Shown: positions 37,703 through 48,889 of the stretch, in pieces | Layout: each line of letters begins with the position of its first letter | Numbering within the stretch: position 1 is the stretch's first letter | Source: Lama guanicoe | Lineage: Eukaryota | Length of the DNA: 64,000 bases | Assembly: GCA_013239625.1 (NCBI GenBank) | Contig: MU054400.1 | Coordinates: 4,341,802 to 4,405,801 of the forward strand | Direction of reading: 5' to 3' | Program-made: the position numbers and the translations under genes | Notes under the pieces: model-generated | Databases searched by the model: none | Told to the model about the DNA's origin: nothing | What the model saw: the letters and a program-made list of their open reading frames with translations, nothing else

Positions 37703-38370
37703 TCTTTTTCTTATCGAAGTGTGATCAGTTTACAATGTTGTGTCAATTTCTGGTGGGCAGCATCATGCTTCAGTCATACACGTCCATGCATATGCTTGTT
37801 TTCTGATTCTTTTTCATTGTAGGTCACTACAAGACATTGAATATAGCTCCCTGTGCTATACAGTAGAAACTTGTCGCTCATCTATTTTATATATAGTAGT
37901 TAGTATCTGCAAATCTCGAACTCCCAGTTTATCCCTTCCAATCCTCCTTCCCCCTTGGAACCATAAGTTTGTTTTCTAAGTCTGTGAGTCTGCTTTTGTT
38001 ATTTATAAATAAGTTCATTTGTGTCCTTTTTTTTCCTTCTTTTTAGATTGCACATAGGAGCGATATCATATGGTATCTTTCTCTTTCTGGCTTACTTCAT
38101 TTAGAATGACAAGCTCCAGGTCCATCCATGTTGCTGCAAATGGCATTGTTTTATTCTTTTTTATGGCTAAGTTGTATTCTATTGTATAAATATACCACAG
38201 CTTCTTTATCTAGTCATCTGTCAGTGGACATTTAGGTTGCTTCCATGTCTTGGCTATTGTAAATAGTGCTGCTATGAACATTGGGGTGCATGTATCTTTT
38301 CAAATTAGAGTTCTCTCTGGTTATATGCCCAGGAGTAGGATTGCTGGATCATAGGGTAAGTCTATTTTTA
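37703..38370 (-). mobile_element. 5'-truncated young L1 (ORF2 end + 3' UTR)
   Basis: Same family as 34450-35110; probable TSD GGAA(A/T)CTTTT with TTTT/AA endonuclease site on the right. Confidence 0.95.
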
Positions 38371-39029
38371 GGAATCTTTAAAACTGATCCATATTTGTGC
38401 AGTCCTGAGTTGGGCCTCCTAGTCAATTCCGTGATGGCAAAGGATACAAAATTCACAGCCAAGTGCTTCTCACATGGCTATCGTATACTTTTAAAGCTAT
38501 AATTATTTCAGAAATGACTACTTCTTTTTCAAATGCATTGTTAGAGGTTCAACTCAGAGTATTCCAGATGCAAGACAACAAACAATCATTATAAGAGACC
38601 TCACACACAGTATCTGCTCAATAAATATTTAATGAGTGGGCGAATTTATAAGCAGTAAAGAAAGGGAAAATGTCCATCCAATTAGTTGTTTCAGTCAGTT
38701 CTCAATGACTATTGTGATTCATTATCTATAACTTCAAATGCAGAAATGCCAGTGATTTGGGTTTTCATACTTAACTATTAAAGAATTTCTCTACCTTTCT
38801 ATTTTAGACAAGCCCATGCTTAGATGTCGGTCTTCTTAAAAGCATTTTTCAGACATCTGTGCAAATATATATATATATGTTTGAAGCTTTGTATCTTCCC
38901 ACGAATACAAGGGAGAGTATGGGTTTTGGAATCAGACAAATCTGGGCTCAAATGACAGCTCTGTTAATAGTGTAACTGAGAGCTTGATCAGATAACTGAA
39001 TCTCCCAAAGTCTTGGTAGTCTCAGCTGT

Positions 39030-39375
39030 GAAAGGAAGGAAGGGAGGGAGGGAGGGGGAGAGAGAGAGNNNNNNNNNNNNNNNNNNNNNNNNNNNNNNNN
39101 NNNNNNNNNNNNNNNNNNNNNNNNNNNNNNNNNNNNNNNNNNNNNNNNNNNNNNNNNNNNNNNNNNNNNNNNNNNNNNNNNAAAAAAAGAAGAAAGAAAG
39201 AAAGAAAGAAAGAAAGAAGAAAAGAAAGAAAAAAGAAAAAGAAAGAAAAGAAAAGGAGAGAAAGGAAGGAAAGAAAAGGAGAGAAAGGAAGGAAAGAGGA
39301 CAGGAGAAACGAAGGAGAGAAAGGGGGAGGGAGAAAGAGAGAAATTGGAAGAAGGAGGTAGGAAGGAGGAAAGAA
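39030..39375 (+). repeat. Purine-rich low-complexity tract (GGAA/GGGA/GA/GAAA) containing an assembly gap at 39069-39181
   Basis: Almost pure A/G on the plus strand around 113 N; sits between two MIR-like halves. Confidence 0.95.
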
Positions 39376-40404
39376 ACACCATTGGTTGGTGTTGGAGGAA
39401 GCACGGGTTAGAGACAATGTAAGACTATCTAGTGTGGTGGATACTCAGAAATTGGTAATTATCAATATCACCATCATCATCAGTGACCACTGGTTGATTG
39501 TCATCCATGAAATAACCACATCTTTTTCTGAAAAGATACAATTGCTTTTTGTCTCCGGTCACCACCCATGTTACCTCCTCTGTTGCATTTATTGTGAGGA
39601 TGCTCTGAATGACATTGGCGACTGGTAAATTAGTGTCTGCCTCTAAGGGATGGATTTCTTCCTGGCTCCTTCATCACGTCACTCACTTACTTCTGAGCAA
39701 CGGCTCAAGGACTCTCCATTGTCCTCCGTAAGAACCCCACCTTCCCAGCGGTGGCTTTGGGAGGGGCGGGGAGTGGGTGAACATGCAAGTCATAACCTCA
39801 CAGGGCATTGTGAGGTTTAAAAATAATCCTTGAAAAACACGGCTCCTAGGTCTTCATAAAGAGCATCAATGAATAGTATTATTAAATGAGGTAGTCAGTG
39901 TGTTTTCCATCAAGTGCGGGCCACTGCGGCTGGTAACACCAAGAACTGCCACGGGGAGTGATGAGGTTTCATTCCTGAAACAAGGAATGAAACCCCAGAG
40001 CAGGGCAAGTACCTAAGAGATACCCGGAAGAGGAGGACCTTCCAGGACAAGGTGAGAGGAGAAAGAATCCGCACCTGCCCGGGGCAAGTGCTAAGATGAT
40101 GCTCTTCACCTCCTGGTCCTTCTCTCCAACTGCTTCACAAAAAGCAGCTCTCATTTTGATCTCCCTGCCCCCACAGAATTATCTTCTTGTTTACATGTTT
40201 ATGCTGAGCTAGACTCTAGTAAAATGTTGACAGTCATCACTGCAAAATCTACAGCTTGTACTCAGCAAAGCCACGTAACTCAGGTCCTTATGAAGACCAT
40301 GCAGAACTGTGTCAGGTGTTGTTGGACAAGGGAATCTGGGTGGCATGGCCATTACCTGATGGTTCGTGTCAACGTTTCAGTGCCCAGAATATATGTTCTT
40401 TACT

Positions 40405-40652
40405 CTGGGTCCCTCCAGAAGATGACACTGAGATAAAAATCCAAGGGCAAGCAGTTTGTTTGGGAGCTGTAACCAGGATACACTGACAGAGGAGCAGGGG
40501 ATAAACACAGGAAAGGGAAGTACAGAGAGTGTGTTATTACATCAGCTTCCACTGGGGGCCCCTGGAGCTTAATCCCACTGGGGAAACTCTAGGAGCCAGT
40601 ACAGAACACCCTCCGAGGGACAGGGGAGCTGGGGTATTTATACACCAACTCC
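40405..40652. mobile_element. ERVL LTR fragment (LTR16/LTR33-like)
   Basis: CTGGGTCCCTCCAGAAGATGACACTGAGAT...GGAGCTGGGGTATTTATACACCAACTCC. Confidence 0.65.
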
Positions 40653-40656
40653 AGGT

Positions 40657-40977
40657 AGTTAATAGTTCATACAACAACTCAATAACAACAACAAAAAAAA
40701 AAACCCAGTCCAAAAATGGGCAGAAGGCCTAAACAAACATTTCTCCAATGAAGACATACAAATGACCAACAGGCACATGAAGAGATGCTCAATATCGCTA
40801 ATTATCAGAAAAATGCAAATCCCTACAATGAGATATCACCTCACACCAGTCAGAATGGCCATCATTCAAAAGTCCACAAATGATAAATGCTGGAGATTCT
40901 GTGGAGCAAAGGGAACCCTCCTACACTGCTGGTGGGAATGCAGTTCAGTGCAGCCGTTGTGGAAAACAGTGTGGAGG
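40657..40977 (+). mobile_element. Internal L1 ORF2 C-terminal fragment (CCHC zinc knuckle), no 3' UTR or tail
   Basis: Translation [56 protein letters not shown]...QPLWKTVWR matches the L1 ORF2p C-terminus. Confidence 0.95.
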
Positions 40978-42073
40978 GTGCACCCTGGCTCCTGCTAAAG
41001 AGTGTGCACACACTTTTTTCTCTGTGTGTCCTGCTCTGCTCAGCATTGTCAGGGCCCGGGGCCAACCCTGCAGAGGTTCCCAGAGCTCCCCAGAGATGGC
41101 ATTTTCTCATCATAGGGAAGCAGCTTCCATCATGGAAGAAATCTTCTGAAAGATTTTGACACCACACTCTTAAATATTTCTTTTTAATCTTCTGAATCGA
41201 AATCTAAATCCCAGTGCCCGGGGAAGTATACACTAGGTACCAACAAAGAACTGACGGACACGTCGCTCCCTTTCTTATTACAGTGGACTGAGCAGAGATC
41301 GTGCCTGTAGAAACCAAGTACCAAAAGTTCAAATTCTGGCCCCAAAACGCATCCCGTTCCCCTGGCTGGCGTGTCACATGCTCTGACCCCCACGTGACTC
41401 AGTCTCCCCAGATGCACGTCATCACATTCCCTCGGGTCCTCATCGCCCCAGCTTCCACCCTTGGAAGCTCTTGGACCCTTTGGGAGCTGTGCCTCTGGCT
41501 ACCATCCAGGGAGCAATCATTTCCTAAACAGTGCTCGTGATCTCAGAGAGTTCATGGGAGCCTCCCAAAATAGGTTCCTTTCTTCCCAGGTCTCGCTTCT
41601 GTCTGGGGGACCTGAAAGACATAACACTTTAAGATCTATTTCCTCTCTGAGAAGAGAAAATGAGTGATTTATTGAAATGACAAGCATTGTCTTGTTGCTT
41701 GCAGGAACAAGGGGAAAAAAAATCTTTCTGGCTACAATGAACTACGTGGCCCGGGGCTTTGGCTTCCCATTAAGTCTGAAATAAGGGAAAATTCCGAGCT
41801 CACATAAGGAGTCCTTTCTTCTCTGGTTTGTACTACCTGTCTCTTGTGTGGGGAAACTCAATACGACCACGAAGAAGCAAGGACTCAAGTGAGCCATTGG
41901 AACTGATGGAGAGTCTGGACCCATCCCAAAGCTGATGGACCGTCTTTGTTCAGGTGAGGCGCTGAGCCCGGGTACAGGTGGTACCAGAAAGGCAAGATCA
42001 CCCCGCAAAACTTAGTCTTAAGAGGAGTGCCACTGACTAGTCATTGATGGCAGAATTCTTAGACCCCTCAAGT

Positions 42074-42146
42074 ACACACACACACAGACACAGACACAGA
42101 CACACACACACACACACACACACACAGAGATAGAGACAGAGAGAGA
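42074..42146 (+). repeat. Compound (CA)n/(CAGACA)n/(GA)n microsatellite
   Basis: Direct reading. Confidence 0.95.
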
Positions 42147-44342
42147 ATGATCTCCTTTAAAACTCCTCAGATTTGATTCCAAGCTAGAAGAGACATTTTG
42201 GTTGGGGAGAAAGCTGGTAGCTAAATCATCACACTGTTTGGGACTTTCAGCACTTTGAAAAAAAAAAAAATGAGACTGCAGAGGACAATTTTTTTCTTTG
42301 CCGTGTTTCAGTTCTTTATTTTTTTTTCCTCCCCCATAACTCAAATGACGTTGCCCTTGTACAAGGTCAAACTTTTTAGGCATTTTGTTTTCATGTCAGA
42401 TTGTTAAGGAGAAATTAAAAATTCTAGATTTTGTGGCGGTCCTGTATTTTAAGGAAACACAGATCGAATCCCACATGCTTTTGAAACGAACATTGGTAGA
42501 AAAAAATAAATGAGTTATGACTTGGGCCATAAAACATCAGGTTGGGAAAAAAAGATTTCCCTTGTGAACATAAAGTTCATTACTGACCAAAGATCCCCAC
42601 ATAAGTGGTTTAAAAGTTTCCCACTGGGGCTGAAATAGTAAGTCGTGCAAAGATGCACAGAAAAACTGGATATTTGTTTTTCATCCTAAAATATGTTCTC
42701 TTTGACACTTTTGACCTTAAATGGAGTTTCTACCCTTTCTGATTCGCTGTTTCTCTCGTGTTCACTGTAGGAATGTGCTAGATGGATCACACGTAACTGT
42801 GATTTTTGTCTTCAACATCCGGGTGCTCTAATAGTTCTTGTATTGAGTATTCACACACTTCGTACCCTTTCTGCCAGTATCCCGATGTCTTAAATACAGT
42901 CTCTTTAAGTATAGTTGCTTTGTTTGTTTGTTTGTCTACCCTTTCGAAGCACCATCAGGCAGTTCAGACTGCAGTGCAGTGAGGGCATCATTTTTCTCAG
43001 ATTAGATACAGTTAGCATCGATAGAATCTCAGATTCTTAGAGAGTAAGTTTCTCCCCCTCGGACACCACAAGTTTACCTGTCAGTGAGACTGTCATCAGT
43101 CTGTCCCTGGGGCCCTGAGCCAGACATGGACAGAGTAGCGCTGCTGTTCACTGATCTATCCCATCACCCATGTGAGGCACTCAACAAACACCTGTGCAAA
43201 GGATCCGAGAGGAGCCTCTGCTGACTTCAGGGCTTCAGCGGTTGGGGACGGTTGCTTGTGTTTCGCATGTTTTTCCTCCTCTTGGTCTAACCATCAAAGG
43301 GGCTTCTGACAGCTCTTCCGTGACCCGGTTGAGTGTCTCCTCCCCACCTGGTTGATTACCTCCTGCTGCTTGTTTGTTCTCAAAAGGAGGGAGGAGGCTA
43401 TTTTTCATCCTCCTCTCCTCTTTCTCTTCTTTTTCCACTTCTTCTCTTCCTCTTGATTTTTCTAGGAGAAAGAACTTGATAGACAGACAGATGAAGGCTA
43501 GCTAGATCATTCAGGAATAGTCCCGATGGCCAATAGTCCCGGGGCTTTGGCACTGCTGGTTGTGATACCCTGGAGGTCAGCTGGGAACCAGGTGGCCCCA
43601 TTGTTGTCAGACCCTTGTCGGCAGGTTCACAGACCCCTTAGATTCTTAGACCCACCCCAGGGAATTTTGGTTCAGAAATTCTCTGATGGAGCTTGGGAGC
43701 TGCATTTAAAAAAAAAAGATTCCTGGGGGATTCTGGTTCACAATCAGAATCCCCCACACATTGGATGTGACAATGTGAGCACCAGAAAGAGTTTTATCAA
43801 ATATAATCCTAGCCCTTTCCCTGCGTAATGGGAGGAGTGCCCACTGCCCGGCTTCACGTAATGATACAGGATGCCTTTGAGAAACGCGGTTTAAACAACC
43901 TGCAAAAGTAAGGCTAAAATTCTAGCCTGGAAGTTGTCATTAGCTCAGATTCGAAACCACACACTTAATTGCCTGGAGAGGCTAGGCGGCTCCCTTAAGT
44001 GAGAGAAGCCAAGTGAGCGGAGATCTTGCTGAAATAAAGACCCCTGGCCCCATTCCAAGGGGGCAACCATCACTCAGCCACTGAAACCAGGTAGGAGTGT
44101 GGCCCAATGTTGATAAACCATCTAAATTTTAAAGAAGAAATCCAAATGTTTATATGAAATCGCTCAGCTTTCTGATGTTGGCAATTAATGCATCTTAAAA
44201 GAAAAAAAAAAAACCTGACTTGGTTTTGGATTCAGCCTGCAGCCTGATGGTTGCTACCTTCAGTTTAGGCTGCCTGTGTTGAATAAGTTATTCTGAAAAT
44301 TACACTTCTTTGCTTTAATTGTAAACATTTATCAGGCGTTAT

Positions 44343-44790
44343 ACCAGTTAAGATGAAGTTCAGCTACTAGCAATATAAACCGAAAATGACAGTGGCTTAA
44401 AAATGATAGAGGTGTGTTTTTCTCTCACATAAAAATGTCCACGGGTACATGACCCAGCCATACAAAGGTGGTTACGCAGTTATCCTATCTTTCTGCACTT
44501 TCCATGTTTCCGCTCACTACTCTTAGCATCTGGCTTACACTTTCAAGGTTGATTCATGGTCACAAAATGGCTGCTGGTGCTTCAAACATCACATTCAAAT
44601 TCTGAACAGAAAGACAAAGGATACGGGAAAAGGGAGAAGGGTGCTTGCCTCCCAGTTGAGTGAGACCCTTTTAAAAATCTTTCCTGGAAGTCCTATCCAA
44701 AAACACCAACTTGCACGTGGACCACTTTTATGTAGAAGGAAGGATGGGACACATAGTTTGTTAAATAACCGTGATGACATATTCAACACC
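44343..44790. mobile_element. Old MaLR LTR (MLT1J/K-like)
   Basis: CAGTGGCTTAAAAATGATAG...CATGGTCACAAAATGGCTGCTG...GAAGGATGGGACACATAGTTT. Confidence 0.7.
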
Positions 44791-44839
44791 GGTCTATTAG
44801 CACTCTCTCCCAAAAGTGTCTGTTAGGATCCTAACATTC

Positions 44840-45055
44840 TGGGAATGTCCAGAACTACCAGAAACTGGAAGATTCAAGGAACAAATTTTCCCCTAGAGTT
44901 TCCAGAAGAAGCATGACCCTGGCAACACTTTGATTTCAGCCCAGTGATACTAATTTCAGATTTCTGGCCTCCAGAACTGTGAGAAACTATATCTTTATTG
45001 TGTTATGCCACCAAGTTTGTGGTAATTTGTTATAGCAGCTATAAGAAACTCATAC
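44840..45055 (+). mobile_element. MaLR MLT1 3' half
   Basis: TTTCTGGCCTCCAGAACTGTGAGA...GCCACCAAGTTTGTGGTAATTTGTTATAGCAGC...AACTCATACA. Confidence 0.88.
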
Positions 45056-45099
45056 ACCCATGAATTATTTGGCAGCACACTTCTAAGATTCCCAGTATA

Positions 45100-45510
45100 C
45101 ATCTGTTTTTTATTCTTTTTGTTCATTTCTACTTTAATTGCTTTTAATTAGAAAATCATTATTCATATGACATTTATCATTTGAAATGTACAGACAATTC
45201 CTTTGTGACCTGTGCATAGTAAATTTTTAATAAATACCCTCTATATACTTGAAAATAGCATATATTCTTCATTTGGGGTTTGTAGGATTGTCACTACATT
45301 TATTAGAACAAAGTTTTTATTGCCCTGTTCATATTTTCTATATTCTTATCAATTTGACGTCTGCTCAATAAATCATTTTTTATATACATTAAAACATTCC
45401 AGTGAGTTCTGGGAGATTAGTCAAGTTTTCTTTATAAATATACCAGTTTTTGCTTTTTGTATTTTGAGGCTGTGTTGTTAGAAGCATACAATTTTATGAC
45501 TTCTGTATTT
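45100..45510 (-). mobile_element. Old L1M internal fragment
   Basis: T-rich antisense L1 motifs (CATTTGAAATGT, TTTTGAGGCTGTGTTGTTAGAAGCATACAA). Confidence 0.6.
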
Positions 45511-45974
45511 TCTCTCCCTAACCCCCTGAGGCCCTGGTTCCATTGTCCCATACATGAGTTTAGCCACTGAGTGAAGGTGAATTGACTCAGATCCTGGTCA
45601 AAAGGCTACACCTTTACCATGTCTTTCTTCTCTAGTCTTATAGATTTGTAGCCTTGAATCCCACCCAGGCCCAGACATTGGCCTGGCCTCTACTTCCTTT
45701 TTTTTTTTTTTCTTTTTTGCATGTAGTAATGCTGTCCAGGCCAAAAACTCCTGGCCAACATTGCTTTTTTCTGAGCCTGAAGCACTTTGTGTTATTTTTC
45801 CATTTGTGATCTTTAGATATATTTCTGTGGTTTTTGAGCCTCACCTATGACTTTTTCTCACCCATTATTCTGCTACATGTTTGGAGGAATGCCTAGAGCC
45901 TCCTTGCCTGGAGGAAGGCATTGTTTAAACTAGGATGAGTAGGGTGTTCAGTTATTTGCCACTAAATGACGTAA

Positions 45975-46105
45975 CGTTATTCTCTCCATTTTACAGATGA
46001 GAAAACTGAGCCAGAGAAGCTAAATGACCATAACAAAGCTACACAGCTCACAAGCAAAGGATCCAGAAATTCAGTTTAAGTCAACTGGCTGCAAAACCCA
46101 AGTTC
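45975..46105 (-). mobile_element. MIR fragment
   Basis: CCATTTTACAGATGAGAAAACTGAG. Confidence 0.85.
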
Positions 46106-46131
46106 TGTTGCTTTTAAAGAACATTTCTGGT

Positions 46132-46217
46132 AGGGGAGGGTAATAGCTCAGTGGCAGAGCATGTGCTTAGCATGCAGGAGCTCCTGGGCTAAATCCTCGA
46201 CTGGAGAAAAAAAAAAA
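46132..46217 (+). mobile_element. Camelid tRNA-derived SINE (vic-1-like, short form)
   Basis: GGGGAGGGTAATAGCTCAGTGGCAGAGCATGTGCTTAGCATGCAGGAGCTCCTGGG plus poly-A; TTCTGG on both flanks. Confidence 0.9.
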
Positions 46218-47895
46218 TTCTGGAATCTTAAAAAGGACAGACTTTTCCCCACAATTGGCCCACTGCAACTTTGCCCCATCCTCCGCCAGCCCATTCTGCC
46301 TCCTCCCTCCCTACGCCCATGATTCCAGCTTGTTTCATTGATGGCAACACCAACGCCAGATTGAACCAACATTGCCGTCTTGGGGTTTCCCGCTAATTCT
46401 TACCTTCCTGGCTTTGTCTGGTTGACATGCTAGCTGTGTGCTGCCGGGGAGAGGACACAGGCTCACTTCACGCTGACCACCTATCCATAAAACGGACTCC
46501 GGCAAGCAGAGTGGGTTTCTTGAAAATCAGCCCTTCTGCAGTATTTGACCTTCCTCTTCCAAATGTGACTGTATACCCCTCATCGTCAGAGAAAATGAAC
46601 ACTCTCGCCTGCCTTGTTCTCCATCATTACTTTCCTCTCAGCCTCAACATTCTGCTGATTACAGTCATTTCAAAGGAATACATTTCCATTTTCTGATCCT
46701 TTTGTTTAATGTAACTGTCCCAAAATTTATACTGGGCAATGCTCTTTCTTTCGCTTCCTCTTTTTTCTTTCTCCCTCCTATTGGGCTAGATAAGAAACTG
46801 CTGGTGTATTTTTTCGCCCTTCTCTATTGGTAAGATGATATTTACCATATTGGCTGAATGAGCCAGAATGGAAGTATTCCACACCTTAAGAAATCTTCTC
46901 GTTTTCAGAGCATGCAGTCAGCAGATATGAACACAAATGAAGTTCAAATTAAATCAGCTCCAGGAACGTGCTTTCCAGTGCGTCTGTAAATGAAAGAACA
47001 CATCAGAGCAATTGAACACTGAAACTGGTTTCTCAGAGAGCCTTCCATGAAGCCCTTGTTTTATGGAATGTTCTCCAGTTAACGGCTCCACGAGCGTATC
47101 AGACACCCCTCAAGCACAGTTTCAGATTCTCTCGACCTCTGCTGTCTCTCAAGCTATGGTGTGATTGCTCCTGTGCAGGCACTGACCCATTTCCTGCAGG
47201 TGCCGATGCTGCATTTGCACAAAGGCAGGGGATGTGGTGAGGACCTGCTAGGCACTGAGACTTGCAGAGGCTGCACAGGTGGGGAAGGGAAACTTTGACT
47301 CATGGTGATGGAAGCCAGTGGAGAACTGTTGCCCCCTCGTCCTCCCCAGTAGAAAGACCCCAGATCCATTTCCTCCAGCTCTTTGAGCTGTCTCATGGGA
47401 TCGGGCCACCAACAGCCTCAGAGGTAGCCAGATCCAGTACCCACTTGACACCGCTTTTCATCTGTCTGTGATGCGCCCTGTCCTTCGCTCTGTGTCCCTG
47501 GATAATCATCCCCAGTGGAAAGCTTGCAGTTAAGCCTTGTCTTAAGTCCTGCTTTCTGGAAAACCCAGACAAAGAGTTCAAAACCATACTCACCTGGGAA
47601 ATGCCATGCATTGCATCCCATTTCTGAAAAGCCACGACGTGCATCAGCTTCTTAAAGGTTCTGAGAAATCTCACATGTAAACAAGCAAAGAAACAAAAAC
47701 AGAACAAAACAAAGCCAAAAAGGATGCTCACTGCTTAGCTTTGCTATACCAAATTTTCAAAACCGTGAATCTCATGTAGAAAATAACTCTTCAAAACTCG
47801 GTGCAAGAAACTTGCCCTGGGAAACACAAATACGGAGTGTATTGTGTTTATACTGAGGATTCAGGGCTATTTCTGAGAGTTTATTCACAAGAGTA

Positions 47896-48340
47896 CTGTA
47901 GTGGGTTGGACGGTGCCCCTCCTCCTCAAAAAGACAGTCTCACGTCCTAACTCCTGGAAACTGGGACTGGGATCTTCTTTAGAAAAAGGATCTTTGCTGA
48001 GGTAATTCAGCATCTGGATCTGGAGGGGAGAAAATCATCTTGGATTGGGTGGGCTGGCCCTAAACCCAATGACAGGTGTGCCTGTGAGGGAGGAAAAAGA
48101 GAACTACACAGTCAGCGAGGGGAAGGCCATGTGAGCAGGGAAGCAGAGATCAAGGAACTCCTGGAACCATCAGAAGGGGAAGAACCAAGGAAAGATCCCC
48201 TTCAGAGTTAGTGGAGGGAGCACGACTCTGCCGACCCCTTGATTCTGGTCTTCTGGCCCTTCCAACTGGGACAGAATAAATTTCTATTGTCTTAAGCCAC
48301 CGAGTTGGTGGTAATTTGTGAGGACAGCCATGGGAAAGGT
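47896..48340 (+). mobile_element. MaLR LTR (MLT1-type)
   Basis: TGTAGTGGGTTGGACGGTGCCC...GTCCTAACTCCTGG...AATAAATTTCTATTGTCTTAAGCCACC...GGTAATTTG. Confidence 0.88.
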
Positions 48341-48738
48341 GTCATTGTGCTAGTGGAACAGGCACACGGAAGGGAACTTCCTGGTCACCTGGACACCTGC
48401 ACTGGGAGTCGGCTAAGTACCCGGATGTTCTCCTAGGGGGCTCGCTCTTACACAGAGAGATTCTGAAGACCAAGCTCTTCCTGAGGGCAGAAGGGAGGGG
48501 AGGAGCAGGAAAGAGGCGCCAGCACCCGGGAGACTGGGCTCTGTCCGCCCAGCACATGAGCACAGGGCGCACAGCGGTTCTAAGTCCTGGCTCTTGGGTT
48601 TTCCACACTTGTGAAAGGCACAGAGGGGTTGCTAGATTCCCTTCCAGCTTCAGAGTTCTGGGATTGCTCAGAGGAATCCTTAAATAACAGGCTCTTCCAA
48701 AGCCCTTCAAATGGTTGTTAACATATAAAAGAAAGGAG

Positions 48739-48889
48739 GTAGGGGAGGGTACAGCTCAAGTGGTAGAGCGCATGCTCAGCATATACAAGGTCTTGGGTTC
48801 AATCCCCAGTGCCTCCTCTAAAGATAAATAAATGAGTCAACTTAATTATCTTCCCTGCCAAAAATAAATAAATAATTTTAAAAAAATAC
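48739..48889 (+). mobile_element. Camelid tRNA-derived SINE (vic-1-like, long form) with TSD
   Basis: A box AGCTCAAGTGG, B box GGTTCAATCC; exact TSD AAAAGAAAGGAG at 48727-48738 and 48890-48901. Confidence 0.95.

Noticed and set aside
38948..39417. Several 130-144-aa ORFs
   Set aside because: Artefacts of the purine tract and N gap.
47593..47660. Minus-strand strong donor CAG/GTGAGT with a short upstream exon
   Set aside because: Isolated, ambiguous acceptor and unrecognisable peptide; expected by chance in 64 kb.
48742..48815. tRNA-like sequence with A and B boxes (also at ~2840, ~22020, ~46135)
   Set aside because: Multi-copy SINE heads with A-rich tails and TSDs, not tRNA genes.
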